A DNA stretch of 64,000 bases from an uncultured Gammaproteobacteria bacterium (lineage in GTDB: Bacteria > Patescibacteriota > Patescibacteriia > UBA1558 > UBA10009), in contig CAZPMS010000002.1 of assembly GCA_964588165.1 (NCBI GenBank), positions 105,839-169,838 of the forward strand, given 5' to 3'. Shown piece by piece: positions 17,590 through 30,500 of the stretch. The notes under the pieces are model-generated. The model was given only the letters and a program-made list of their open reading frames with translations, was not told the origin of the DNA and did no database searches. How positions within the stretch are numbered: the stretch's first letter is position 1; each line of letters begins with the position of its first letter. Both the position numbers and the translations under genes were made by a program.

Positions 17590-18903
17590 TTGTATATGGA
17601 AAAAAAAGAATCTAAAAAAAAGAAGTTCCAATCAGTTAAAGGCATGAAAGATATCCTGCCCGAAGAGCAGCGTTATTGGAATTTTGTAAGGAACAAAGTT
17701 GATGAGCTGGCTTCTGTTTATGGCTTTAAGCGGATAGACACCCCTATTTTAGAATCTACTGATTTATTTGTTAGGTCAGTTGGCCAAACTACTGATATTG
17801 TAGAAAAAGAAATGTATTCTTTTGTAGACCAAGGCAACGATAAATTATCCCTTAGGCCAGAAGGCACTGCCGGAGTTGCCAGATCGTATATTGAACATGG
17901 CATGTTAAATAAAACCCAACCGGTTAAACTTTATTATTTTGGGCAAATGTTTAGGAGAGAAAGGCCGCAATCAGGCAGGTACAGGCAGCACTGGCAATTA
18001 GGCTTTGAAGTTATTGGTGAAGCAGAGGCTGTGGTAGATGCCCAAATAATTTTACTGGCCTATAAAATTTATCAATCGGCCAGTATTAACACTACCGTCC
18101 AAATTAACAGCATTGGCTGCGTAAGTTGCCGTCCTGAATTTGTAATCCAACTTAAAGATTATTTAAAAAAGAACAAAAGCAAGCTTTCAGAAATTTCTAA
18201 AGAAAGGTATTTAAAAAATACTTTAAGGATTTTAGATTCTAAAGAAAAAGAAGATCTGCCGATAATTGCCGAGGCGCCCCAGCAGATAGATTTTTTATGC
18301 GAAGGCTGTAAAAATCATTTTATACAAGTATTGGAATATTTAGATGAATTGGAAATTCCATATGCCTTAAACCCTTCTATTGTAAGGGGGCTGGATTATT
18401 ATTCCAGAACCACTTTTGAGATTTGGACCACCGAAGATGAAACGGCTAGGCAAAAAGCCTTGGGCGGCGGCGGCAGATACGATGGCTTGATTGAGATTTT
18501 AGGCGGGCAACCTACACCGGCAGTTGGCTTTGCTTCTGGAGTAGAAAGATTTATAAGCCAAATAAAAGAAAAGGATTTTAAAGTCCCTGAAATAGTTAAG
18601 CCGGAAATATTTTTGGCACAGCTAGGGCCTGATGCTAAAAAGAAGGCTTTAATTTTATTTGAACAATTACAGGCAGCAGGCATCAGAGTGGCAGAAAATT
18701 TCTCTAAAAACGGTTTAAAGCCCCAGCTGGAAATTGCTGATAAGCTAAAGGTTAAATTTACAATTATGCTTGGCCAAAAAGAAATTGTAGACGAAACTGT
18801 AATAATAAGAGATATGGAAAATGGCAACCAAGAGATTGTTGATTTTAAGAAAATTGTAACGGAAATTCAAAAACGTCTGGCAAAATCTACTGTTATCCGT
18901 TAA
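17590..18903 (+). CDS. hisS: histidyl-tRNA synthetase
   Basis: 437 aa; class II motifs, LRPEGTAGVAR, FRRERPQSGRYRQ. Confidence 0.9.
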   Translation: MYMEKKESKKKKFQSVKGMKDILPEEQRYWNFVRNKVDELASVYGFKRIDTPILESTDLFVRSVGQTTDIVEKEMYSFVDQGNDKLSLRPEGTAGVARSYIEHGMLNKTQPVKLYYFGQMFRRERPQSGRYRQHWQLGFEVIGEAEAVVDAQIILLAYKIYQSASINTTVQINSIGCVSCRPEFVIQLKDYLKKNKSKLSEISKERYLKNTLRILDSKEKEDLPIIAEAPQQIDFLCEGCKNHFIQVLEYLDELEIPYALNPSIVRGLDYYSRTTFEIWTTEDETARQKALGGGGRYDGLIEILGGQPTPAVGFASGVERFISQIKEKDFKVPEIVKPEIFLAQLGPDAKKKALILFEQLQAAGIRVAENFSKNGLKPQLEIADKLKVKFTIMLGQKEIVDETVIIRDMENGNQEIVDFKKIVTEIQKRLAKSTVIR

Positions 18904-19028
18904 TGGTTTAAAGAGGCCGGAATTTATTTGACTTTATTTTCAAATTGTGTTATTACTATATAATATTATAGTAATTTTTTATTACTAATTATTTAATAAA
19001 CCCTATAAAGAAAGGAAGGTGTATTTAA

Positions 19029-19292
19029 GTGTTAGAAGTTAAAAAGAAAGATACAGAAAGCTTTGAGAGTTTAATAAGAAGATTCACAAAGAAAACAATT
19101 CAAAGTGGTAAAATTCTTCAGGCAAAAAAAATTAAATTCAGGCAAAAGCCAATAAGCAAAAGAGCTCAAAAAGCTAAAGCACTAAGAAGAGAAGAAATTA
19201 AAAAACAGCGGGAATACTTAAGGAAAATAGGCAAACTGGACGATTTTTTAGATAACAAGAAAAAGATAGTTATCAAAAAAAAGAAAAGATAA
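19029..19292 (+). CDS. rpsU: 30S ribosomal protein S21 (GTG start)
   Basis: 87 aa, basic, FESLIRRFTKK...KFRQKP...KRAQKAKALRRE pattern. Confidence 0.75.
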   Translation: MLEVKKKDTESFESLIRRFTKKTIQSGKILQAKKIKFRQKPISKRAQKAKALRREEIKKQREYLRKIGKLDDFLDNKKKIVIKKKKR

Positions 19293-19301
19293 ATTAATTA
19301 A

Positions 19302-19769
19302 ATGGCAAGCTTAGAAACTGAGATAACAACTAATTTAAGCCAGGCAATTAAAGATAAAGACGAAGTAAAGGTAGCAACTTTGCGTTTGTTAAAGTCGTCT
19401 TTAGAAAAATTAAAAAAGGCCGGCTCTGTAACTGACCAAGAAGCTTTAAAGCTTAAAGATGACCAGGTTTTAAAAATAATACGGCAGGAAGTGAAAAAGC
19501 GTAAAGAAGCCAACGAAGGCTTTAAAGCCGGAGGCCGCGAAGAACTGGCTAAAAAAGAACTCCAAGAAATGGAAATTCTAAACGAGTATTTGCCGCCGGA
19601 AATCTCTGAAGATGAGCTTAAAGAAGTTATTGATAAAATAATAACCGAAAACAGTTTTACGGCCCAGGATTTTGGACAAGTTATGAAACAGGTTATGGCG
19701 GCTACAGGTGGCCAGGCCGATGGCAATAAAGTATCGGCCTTAGTAAAACAGAAATTATCAGAGGAATAA
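19302..19769 (+). CDS. GatB/YqeY-domain protein
   Basis: 155 aa; YqeY family signature. Confidence 0.8.
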   Translation: MASLETEITTNLSQAIKDKDEVKVATLRLLKSSLEKLKKAGSVTDQEALKLKDDQVLKIIRQEVKKRKEANEGFKAGGREELAKKELQEMEILNEYLPPEISEDELKEVIDKIITENSFTAQDFGQVMKQVMAATGGQADGNKVSALVKQKLSEE

Positions 19770-19786
19770 TTTAAACAAAAAATCCC

Positions 19787-21583
19787 ATGCAGTTACTAAA
19801 ATCTGAAAAAAAAATAAAGACAGCTACTTGGATAGTTGGTTTTATATTATTAGTAGCTGTTTTTGTTTTACTTGCTCCACAGGTTATGGCCCAAGCTTCT
19901 TTAGGGGTAGAAGTTGGAGCAGATACTGGCTTAGGCACAGCTGATTTAAAATTGGTAATTACCAGGATAGTAAGAATTATTTTGGGCTTTATTGGAATTA
20001 TAGCGGTGATAATTATTTTATACGGCGGCTATACTTGGATGACAGCTGCGGGCAACGAACAAAAGATAGACGATGCCAAAAAGATTTTAGTAAATGCGAT
20101 TATCGGCTTAATAATAATATTGGCTTCTTTTGCTATTGTAAGTTACGTTATAAGCCGTTTGCAACAGGCTACCATTAGCGGCCCAGGAGCAGGGGGCAGG
20201 GATCCTTACCATATTAATCCGGGCGCTTTGGGTGGCGGAATTTTACAGAATGTTTATCCGGAACCGGGCGCTACAGAAGTCCCCCGCAACACTTTAATAA
20301 TGGTCAGTTATAAGGAAAGTATGGATATTGCCAGCATTATTGATATAGAAAGCGATCCAGCTGATTGTGCAGACTTGCCAGAAGAAGTTTTTTGCGGCTT
20401 TTTAGCAGAGGTAAGCGGCGATCCTACCACTTTAGTAATTAACCGTTCCGAAGATAACGCCCAATTGGCTGCCGATGAAGTAGTGGTAATGACAAATGAC
20501 GGCAAAAATTTTGTTTATGATCCAGTTGTTTATTTAGGAAGCTCTGATGCTTATACAAATTATTCAATAAATTTAACTGATCAAATAAATAAATCAGGCG
20601 GTGATCCGGCATTTTTAATTGGCGGCTATTTATGGTCGTTCCAGGTTAGTAATATAGTAGACCTAACACCTCCTAAAGTAACCGGCGTGGTGCCTGTTTC
20701 TGGAACGGCTGTTCCTAAAAATACCACAGTGCAAATTAATTTTGATGAAGCTGTTAATGTGGTTACAGCCACAGGCCATGCCACTGGAGATCCAAGCCTG
20801 CCTTTTAATAATATTTTAATAAGTTATGAAGATGATATAGGCAATATCATTTATATGAGCGGCGATGCCACTATTAGCAATTTTTTTAGAACCGTTGAAT
20901 TTATAAGTGATATCCAGTGCGAAATTGGCCCTATTCCGGTAGTTAATTCCTGTGGTACTGTGCCAACCTGTTTCCCGGGTGAAGAAGACTTTTTAGTTTT
21001 GGTAAAAGCGGCTTTGGTTGATGTAAATGGCAATACCATTGATATATTTTCCGGCATTACCGATGCAGCCGGAAATTCTTTGGACGGTAACGCCGACGGT
21101 TTCTCTCAAGGCCAGCCTGATGATAATTACAGTTCAAATTTTTCTACCACCGACGAAATGGATTTAACACCGCCGGAAATAATTTCTCCTTTAGAACCGG
21201 AGCAAGGCAATGAATCTGTGCCCCAAAACAAACACCTTAAAGCAATATTTAATGAATATATTTTAAGTAGCAGTTTAAATACAGAAAATTTTGTGGTTTT
21301 TGAATCAGCTTGCGGTTTAGAGTTGCCTGAATTTCCAGATGACGGATCTTGTTATCCAGAAGGCGGCTTTACTACTTATAAAGAAAATATATCAGGCAAT
21401 CCCGCTGTTAACGGCGGCAATCCGGCTACCAAGGCAATTTTAAGAACATATTATCCTTATTTAAATCCTTTAACCGATTACAATTCCCGTTTAACAGCAG
21501 GGATTAAGGATGCATATCAAAACTGCTTTAACCCGGCTGTTGGGCCGTGCCAGCCTGGACAGATCACCCCAAATTGTCCGTAG
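19787..21583 (+). CDS. secreted surface protein: signal peptide + VirB2/TrbC-like double-TM hairpin N-domain + bacterial Ig-like domains
   Basis: 598 aa; AQA cleavage site, mature part ILGFIGIIAVIIILYGGYTWM...hydrophilic loop...second TM, then Ig-like (DLTPPKVTGVVPVSG) repeats; N-domain paralogous to that of the downstream giant protein. Confidence 0.7.
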   Translation: MQLLKSEKKIKTATWIVGFILLVAVFVLLAPQVMAQASLGVEVGADTGLGTADLKLVITRIVRIILGFIGIIAVIIILYGGYTWMTAAGNEQKIDDAKKILVNAIIGLIIILASFAIVSYVISRLQQATISGPGAGGRDPYHINPGALGGGILQNVYPEPGATEVPRNTLIMVSYKESMDIASIIDIESDPADCADLPEEVFCGFLAEVSGDPTTLVINRSEDNAQLAADEVVVMTNDGKNFVYDPVVYLGSSDAYTNYSINLTDQINKSGGDPAFLIGGYLWSFQVSNIVDLTPPKVTGVVPVSGTAVPKNTTVQINFDEAVNVVTATGHATGDPSLPFNNILISYEDDIGNIIYMSGDATISNFFRTVEFISDIQCEIGPIPVVNSCGTVPTCFPGEEDFLVLVKAALVDVNGNTIDIFSGITDAAGNSLDGNADGFSQGQPDDNYSSNFSTTDEMDLTPPEIISPLEPEQGNESVPQNKHLKAIFNEYILSSSLNTENFVVFESACGLELPEFPDDGSCYPEGGFTTYKENISGNPAVNGGNPATKAILRTYYPYLNPLTDYNSRLTAGIKDAYQNCFNPAVGPCQPGQITPNCP

Positions 21584-21592
21584 AATTTATTT

Positions 21593-24500
21593 ATGAATTT
21601 AAAACCTAAAACAAAAATCATCTTCATGGGCCTGCTTTTATTAGTAGTTGCTATTTTATTGGTTCCCCAGTTGGCCTTTGCCCAAGCTTCTTTAGGAGTA
21701 GAAGTTGGCGCAGATACTGGCTTGGGCAGCCGAGACCTTAAAGAAGTGATAGTGGCTGTAGTCCAGATATTTTTAGGATTTTTGGGCATTGTAGCCGTAA
21801 TTGTTTTAATTTATGGCGGCTATATTTGGATGACGGCCGGTGGCAGCCCCGATAAAGTGGAACAGGGCAAAAGGATTGTTATTAACGTAGCTGTTGGTTT
21901 GGTGGTTATTTTAATTTCTTTTGCCGTAGTTACTTTTATTGCCAATGTTATAAGCGATGCTACTGGCAGTGAACCGGGGGAACCGGGCGATCCAGGGGAA
22001 CCGGGCGATCCAACTGTAGAAAGTTTTATCGTTCAGTCAATTCAGCCCAGGGGCGAACAAAGCATCAGAAATATTGTGGTGCAAATTGCTTTTAATGAAA
22101 ATGTTGATGCCAGTAGTTTAATTTCCAGGCCAGATAGCGTGGTAGTTGCCAAGTCAAACGGCCTTGGCGGTTTTGACAGAGTAAACGGTGTTTTAGAGCT
22201 GGCTGCAGGCAATCCCAAAAAAGTTTTGTTTACACCAAGCACGCCTTGTCCGTCGCCAAATGAAGATTTATTCTGTTTTGACTATGATGCCATAAACCCC
22301 GACTTAAATGTCCATCAGGTAGAAGTGAGCGGCGATGGAGCAGCTTCTTTAAAGAGTGTTAGCGGTAAAACGGTTACCTGCACTTTAGACAGTTGTTTGG
22401 CAGAATTTTCAACCGGCCCGTTGGTTGATATTGAAGATCCGGAAGTGGCTTTAACAGAAGCTATAGATCTGGCTGATCAAGTTTTTATTTTAACCAATGG
22501 CGTTTCCCTTTCGGCAGATGAATTGTATCAGTTGTATGCCGATGCCACAGATGATGGTGGAATTACCGGCGTAGATTTTTATCTTGATGGCGATTACATT
22601 GGTTTTGATACGCCAGTTGGCGATGCCCCGTTGAATTTTACGGCTCAAATAATTCCTGATTGGCATACCGACGGTTTAGAGTTAAACCAAAATTATTATC
22701 TTACCAGCAGGGCTTATGATGTGGCCTATAACGAAACTTTATCCGATTCAGTTAGAGTGGTTATTAGGCCGGCCCATTGTTTTAATGATGTAATAGATCC
22801 TGATTTAGGTGAAACCGGTTTGGATTGTGGCGGGCCTTGCCCGGCCTGTGAAGGTGAATCATGCGGAGAACTGGTTGGCGAGATTTGCACTAATCCTGAT
22901 AATAATGCCTGCGCTTCCGGTTTGTGTGATACAGAAACTTGCTATTGTGTGCCGGCTCCACAAGTCAGTTCGGTGGATCCGGATAATGGCGCTTCAGGCA
23001 ACTGGGTAACTATTTTAGGCAGCCATTTTGGTGACGAAATCGGAACCGTTACAATTGGCGGTGAGACTGCCAACTCGCCTCCGGATATTTTATGCCCCAG
23101 CAGCTGGCAAGATAGCCAAATTATTATAGAGCTTCCCGAACTGGATTTGGGCAATCAGCAGCTTCAGGTTACAACCAGTGAGGGATTAAATAGCAACTTT
23201 TACGATTTTTTAATAAATGATACAGAACGGCCTGGTATTTGCTCGGTAGCACCGGCGGAAGGTAAATTTGAAGATAGTTTCCAGGTAGATGGAATCCAGT
23301 TTGGCGAGGATTATATGGAAAGGGATGTTTATTTTGGCCGGCCAGATGATCCTATCTCGGCTTTTAATCCCAGCTGGTCGCTTGTAGGAGATTATGGCAG
23401 GGTAGTTGCCGATGTTCCTAATTTACTTAAAGGTAATACGGGCGTAAGAGTAAGAGTTGAGGGTGAAAGTAGTAATGTTTTAGCTTTTACAGTTTTGGAA
23501 TCAGCTCATGAAGAGGTAAGGATTGATTATTTTACTCCTGAGTCTGGAGCAGACGGCCAGTATGTAACTATTTTTGGCAGTGGCTTTGGCAATTATGTGC
23601 CGGGCGAAAGTTTGGTTAAATTTTCAACAGATAAAGAGGGCAGCCTTGATTTTCCGGATGAATGCGGCACAAATTTCTGGACCGATACCCAAATTGTTGT
23701 AAAGGTCCCGAATACAGAAGAGGTTGGCGAACTTGATGACCAAGGCCCAATTACCGTAATTACTGCCTCCGAAGATTTAGCTGTTTCTTCCCAAAACTTT
23801 TTATATACCCCGGTAGCAGATGTGGCGCCCGGTATTTGCAGCCTATTTCCTCAAGAAGGAACTATTGGCTCTACCTTTAGTGTTGCCGGTGAGGGTTTTG
23901 AAGATTCTACTTTATATTTGAATGATTTGTCTTTTGTAGATGCTCCGGTAAACGATAATTATTATGAAGATGTAATGGTGCCAGAAGGCTCTGAGTCTGG
24001 CCCGGTTAAAATAGTAAAGGATGTTTTAGAAAGTAATACAATAGATTTTGAAGTAACAGCCGATGCTCCGGATGAGCCTGAACTGCCCAGTGATTATTAC
24101 CAGTGGCAGTTTACCACCTGCCAAGATTGTTTGGTTCCGGAAGTTGTAGAGATAGGCAGTTGTTGGTTTAGCTTGGCCTCGCCAACTCCCTTAAAAAACA
24201 GCCAAGATAATTATAGCGATACTTTAATTTCCGCCACCTTTAATACTGATATGGATGATTCATTATTTGAACTTGGCACCACCATTTTATTAGCTGAGTG
24301 CGGTGACGCAGAATCTCCCGGAATTTGTAATCCGATAACTGTTGCAGGTGATTTTGAATTTGGTTTAAGCGGATCTGATTATGAATATTTCACTTTGGAT
24401 TTAGATGATAGTTTAAATCTTAATACCTGGTATAGGGCCACCTTAACTAACCTTAAGAGTAATCTGGAACAGATTGCCATGGAAGATGATTACCAATGGT

Positions 24501-27500
24501 TCTTTAAAACCAAAACTGTAGATTCCCAGTGTGATGTTACTGATGTTATGGTTAATCCGGCACAAAGGATAGTTGATGCTTTAATTCCAGAAAACAATAA
24601 CCCAGTTTATTTAGATGAACAGGTTTGGTATGACTCGTTGGCTTATAATTCAGCCAATTGTAATGTTTGTCCGGATGTTTATGAATGGTCCTGGAGTTCT
24701 TCCCAACCGTCTCAGGCTAATATAGACGAAACATCAATAATCAACAGCAGCTTACTTTCGGCCGATGCTTATACTAACCTCGGTGAACATGCTGTTATCA
24801 CAGCCGTAGCCGTAAATGCAACCAGCACACCTTCGGGCACTGCCGAAGTGGATATTGTGCCCAGGAATCCGGAAATAGTTTATCATTGGGAGTGTACGCC
24901 AGAACCGCAAACCCCCAGCCCTTGGCCAGGCACCGAAGAAGCCTGCATTAATGCCAAGATAGCTGTTGAGTTTGATACAATTATGGATCCGGCCACTACT
25001 TTAAATATAAATAATATATCAGTAACTTATGATAGCGGTTTTGGCTGGCTTGATATATCGGGTTCCTTGGAGGGCCTATATGGAACCAGAGGAGATTTAG
25101 CCGGTTTAGTAGGCCTGGTATTTACTCCGGATAGTTTTATGGATCCTGATAGCTGGCATGAAGTTATTTTAAGTTTTGATATTTTAAGTGCGGAAGGGGG
25201 AAGTTTAACAGGCACTAACAGTTGGCAATTTAAAACTAAAGATAGTGATGAAGTTTGCTCTATTACACAAGCTATAGTTGATCCTTCATCCACAATCTTA
25301 ACTGCCGAAGGCGCTACCGAAAATTATACAGCCTTTGGCCAAGGCGAAAGTTGTGAGCTGGTGGTAAATCCAGATTTAAATTGGTCATGGAATAGTGAGG
25401 ATAATCAAGTGGCTGCAATTTTTGCAAGTAATAATGATGAAGCAGTTGTTATTGCCAATAACGAAGGCCAAACTTATATTAGGGCAGAAGCTAACGGCAT
25501 TCAAAATGAAGGTAATAATGGTTTGGTAACCGTTAATTATGGCCCAGGACCAACAGCTTTTGAGATAACTGAAAATCTGCCGGTTGGTGATGATGTTTGT
25601 TTAAATGCCCAGGGTTTAGTTAGATTTAATTTGAGCTTAGATCAAGAAAGTATTGCCACTGAAAATTTTGAAGTTTGGCAAGAAGCTGAAAGGTTAAGTT
25701 ATTGTGAAGATAATCCGGATATAAATTGTACCAGTGATATTGATTGTTCTGGAACATTTTCAGGCAAGTGCCAAGCCGAATGGACAGTTAGCAGCAGCGG
25801 GCCAAGAACGGCTATAGATATTTTACCGACAATAAATGATGGCCTGTGGAATCCCGGATCTGATTATTCTATCAGAGTCTACGGCGGCGGTTTGGGAGTA
25901 ATTTCCGATTCAGGAGAACAGCTAATTCAAGAAGGCTGTCCGCCAAGCATGTCTTGGAGCGAGGCCGGCCAGTATTGTTATTGGGATTTTAAAACTGCCG
26001 GAGAAATTTGTGCCATAGATAACATTCAAATAGAACCTGCTTCTGCCGCTACCACCGTAGGCATGATAGTAGATTGGCTGGCAACTCCTTATGCCCAAAA
26101 TGGCAATCCTCTTTCCAATGAGCTTGATAGGTGGCGCTCAGAAAATGTTTGGTCGCCTAATAATTTATTGGTAGCTGATGTAGAGGCTACTTCGCCAAAT
26201 GGGCACCAGGCCTCTTCTTTGGCTTTAAATGTTGGCAGGGCTTTAATTTTTGCCGGCGCCCCGATAGAAGCAGGCAGTGAAGAAATTATCTGGGGTTCTG
26301 CCGATTTGCAGGTGCTAGAAGAATTTAATGGACCAGAAGTAACCGATGTGCAGCCTCAACCGGGCGAAGAAGATGTTTGCCGCAACAGCTTGATTAATAT
26401 TGGCTTTGATCAGTTTATTAATCCGGCAACAGTAAGTAACAGCACTTTAAAGGCAGAATATTTGTCTACCGAATATTCAGAAGGCTGCTACGAAGTTGAT
26501 ATGGGCGGTGAAATAAGTTTTTATAAAAACTATAATAATGTTATTTCTAAAACTTTAGCTTCCAGGCTGTTTAATTGGTTTTCGGCTAATATTTTAAATC
26601 GGCTGATCGGTCCGGTAAAAGCCCAAGTAACTAATTATATGTGTCCTGTTCAAGGCACTCGGGAATTGGTAAATAATTTATATGATAGCGAAGTCAAGTT
26701 TAGTCCGGCAGAAGCTTTTCCTGCTAATTCAGAAATAAATGTAATAGTTGTTGGCGGGGATAACGGCATTAAAGGCACCAATGGCCTGCCTTTGGAAGGA
26801 GATGGTTTAGATGAAGACGGAAATTATTCATACAGTTTTACCACAAGGGCAGATATTTGTACTTTAAGCATGGTCAGTGTAGTAGCTGATGAAGCAACAG
26901 GAGAAAGTGAATGGGTATTTACCACCAGTTTTGATAATCTTGATGACAATGATCCTGATGATTTGGCAAATTTTGATACTATTTATGATGGTGATAAAAA
27001 ATATACAGCTTCCGGTTACAGCCTTGAAGGTACAGAACTTTTTCCAATAGAAGGAGTTTATGAGTGGGTCTGGGATTGGAGCAGTAGTGATACTAATATA
27101 GCCAGCCTTGCTTACGCCGCTGATGATATTTCGGTAGTTAGTGTTAATAATATTAAAACAGGCCAAAGCGATATTGTGGCCGAGGCGGTTTTCCCTAATT
27201 GGTATAACCAACCCAATCTGCCAGGTTCAGGTTTGGCTATTGTTAATTTATGTGAAAATCCTTGGCCGGCAGTTGTTTCTGAACAGCCAGAGCAATTTAT
27301 TGATGATGATTTTAATTTCGGGCTTTCTTATTGCAGGGATGCTGGTGGTTTAGGAACAGAAGATGATCTACCAGCTCTAAATGTAATTGATTTTGTGGAG
27401 AACAGCCATCTGCCTACAGATCCGGCCGAAGATGAATTATTAAAAGAGTATTTAATACCAGTGCCTACCACCGGAGATTTAATTGGATTAAGGATTTATG

Positions 27501-30500
27501 AAAATTCTTTCCACTTATCACCTTCAGATTGGTATAAAAAGAACATAGCTGTTCAGGGCTTTCCAAATAGCACTTTAGTGGATGGTTATAAAGCTATTGT
27601 AGACGGCAGGACAACTTATGTTGCAGCCTCTGATGTAGAATCACTAACTGAAGAAGACCCTTTGGCTTATATGCTACCGAGTAAAGGTTCAATAATTTCA
27701 AGAGTTGTTAACAATATCTGGCAAGGTTTAAAAGAGTTTATAAATAATTCTTTATTTACTGTGAAGGCGGCAGAAGGCGAAGATGAAGAATCTGAAGGTG
27801 GTTATAAGGTAACCGGAATTGAGGGCGGTTATACAGATATTTTTTTACTTTCTTATAATCAAGGAGCCAGGCCGGAAACTTTAGAAATAGTTAACCAGCT
27901 TATTGAAAGGTGGAATTTTAATACTAATGTAGATAATCCTAAAATTAAAGAAAAAATTATTAGAGATGTAGAAAGATTAAGCCATTTAAATTCTATTGCT
28001 GGGAGCCTGGACCAATATCAGTTAAGCCATGAAGGCACTTTTCCAGCCTTAGAGGCCGGCACTTTTTTAAAAACCATGAGTACCAGCAAATGGCCTTCTT
28101 GGAACGAAACTTTGGGATCAGAACTGGGAACAATTTTACCATTTGATCCAACCAATAAATTTGGCGCCTGTATTGATTGCCAGGAACCGGAATTAATTAA
28201 TCCTGGCTTTGAGGATGACCCTGATTCATTAGTAGGCTGGGCAAATGTTGGCGTTGTAACAATGGAAGTTAATACCGATCCAGATTATGTTCGTGAAGGC
28301 AGTCAGTCCGCTTTTGTTATATCGCCTGTTGTTCCTGAAGATGGCATTAAGAGCAGTAATATACCAGTTATTACCAACACTACTTATGAATATTCTGCTT
28401 GGGTTTATGTTGAGCATCCAAACAGGGTACAGATTAGAAATCTTTCTTATCCACGGTCGGGTAATGAGTGGTTTACTCCGCCCGATTACACTGGCTGGTT
28501 TCAGTTAAAAGACAGGTTTACAACTTCGGATGTATCACCAGTTAGGATACAAATTGTCTCATATGGGGGCCCAGCCACTTTTTGGGTGGACGAGGTTTAT
28601 ATTGGCACCTCTAATGGCAACTGCGGTTATGACCTAGAAACTTGCTGGAATCCCGAGGCAAATTTTGGTACTGGGGCTTTTGCCTGCGATGCTGATTCAT
28701 ATTTTTACCGCTATCAAGGAGAAATTGATTTAGATTCAGAAGTAACAAATTATACTTTAGCTGCTAAATTGGAAACAACTACCAATTGGTATCCTAATAA
28801 CATTGGCGATAATTATTATTTAGATCCCCATTTGGTTATTAGCACTAATAATGTTTTAGGCTGTGATGCCAACATTTTTGCCGGTTTTTGCGGCGACTCC
28901 ATTGTCCAAGAACCAATAGAACAGTGCGAACCGGGCAATTCATATTATTTATGCAGTACAGATATTTTGTGGTACACCCCGGCCGGCAGCGGTCCTTATG
29001 GCTGTTTCCCTGCAGGTGATCCTAATCAGTGCAATTGGTATAGCCCATTACTTGATTCAGATGATGAATGCTACGGTTTAAGTTCATCCCAATGTTGTGG
29101 TGGCTATTGCGGTGACAGTGTTTTAAATACTGCAGCCGGAGGCTATCTTTTAATAGATGATGAAGAATGCGAATTAGGAGTGGGCGGTTATGGCGATGGT
29201 ACGGCCGAAGATGAACAGTATTCTTGTTCTGGCAGTTGCCAGGATGTTGGCGGTTGGTGTGGCGACGGTTCCATTCAAACCGGTTATGGCGAAGAATGCG
29301 ATGGCAGCACCAGTGGCTGGGATTGTTTGGCATCACTTGTTAATCCAACTTGTAATACTTGTGAGGTAGAATGCTCAGAAGGCAATCCTTACCAGGGAAC
29401 TTGCGGCAATAATACCAGGGAAGCTATAGAAATATGCGACGGAACGGATAATGGCTATCCTAATTCAACCTGTATAGAATATTGTTCTGATGTAGAATGT
29501 GTAGGTAGTTGGCAGGCTTGCGATGGCAATCGTTTGGATTATAACGGCTGTGAAACTGATACTGATAACGATCCAAATAATTGTGGAACTTGTTTAAATA
29601 ATTGTCCTGGCCCTGTTGGCGGCAATGGCTATGCAGAATGTGAATCTGGAGGCTGCACAATTGTTTGTGACCCCGGTTATGATCTTGTGGGCGACGAATG
29701 TGTTTTAGTGGCTATTTGCGGTAATGATATTATTGAAGGCGGTGAAGTTTGTGATGATGGCGCAAACAACGGCAACTTTGGCTATTGTAATGCCACTTGT
29801 GATGGAATTGAAGGTTTGGGCGATGCTTTATTTTATGATAATTTTGAAGACTGGAATTTTACCACCAGTAATTGGGAAGAAGGCTATAATTATAATGGTC
29901 CTGGCGGTGGAGAAATTTGGTCAAGATCTTTGCCAGGCGGGGGGATAAATTACAAATTAAAATCAGAAATTAATAATGTTGCCCCTAATTTCCCCAGAGA
30001 TTTCAGGGTAACCAATGCCAATGCCAATAATTTATTAAATGTAGATATATTGGTAATGATAGATTTTAGCTATTCAGCTGATGATGATGCTGTATTATTC
30101 GCTAGGCATAATGGCCAAAATCATTATATGGATCAGGAATATTATGCTTTGTGGAATGACCATAATAGTGAGATTCAAATAATAAGAGTTGGGCCTGATG
30201 GATATCATGATGAAGACTTAGCAAGCACTTTTCCCTTAACAAGTGGTATTTATTGGTTACAGTTTAAAGTTTTTGATGTAGGAGGTAATATTAGACTTCA
30301 AGCCAGATGGTGGCCAGAGGGTACCGAAATGCCGGCTGCCTGGAATTTTGATATAATAGATAGCTCTGAAAATAAAATTACAACTTCTGGACAGGTAGGA
30401 GTTGCCGGTTGGATGAACTCAACTTTTTACTTTGATAATTTCCAAGTTTATGATGCAGATGTTGTTGCCGAGCCGGTTCCGGATGAACCAGCCTATATCT

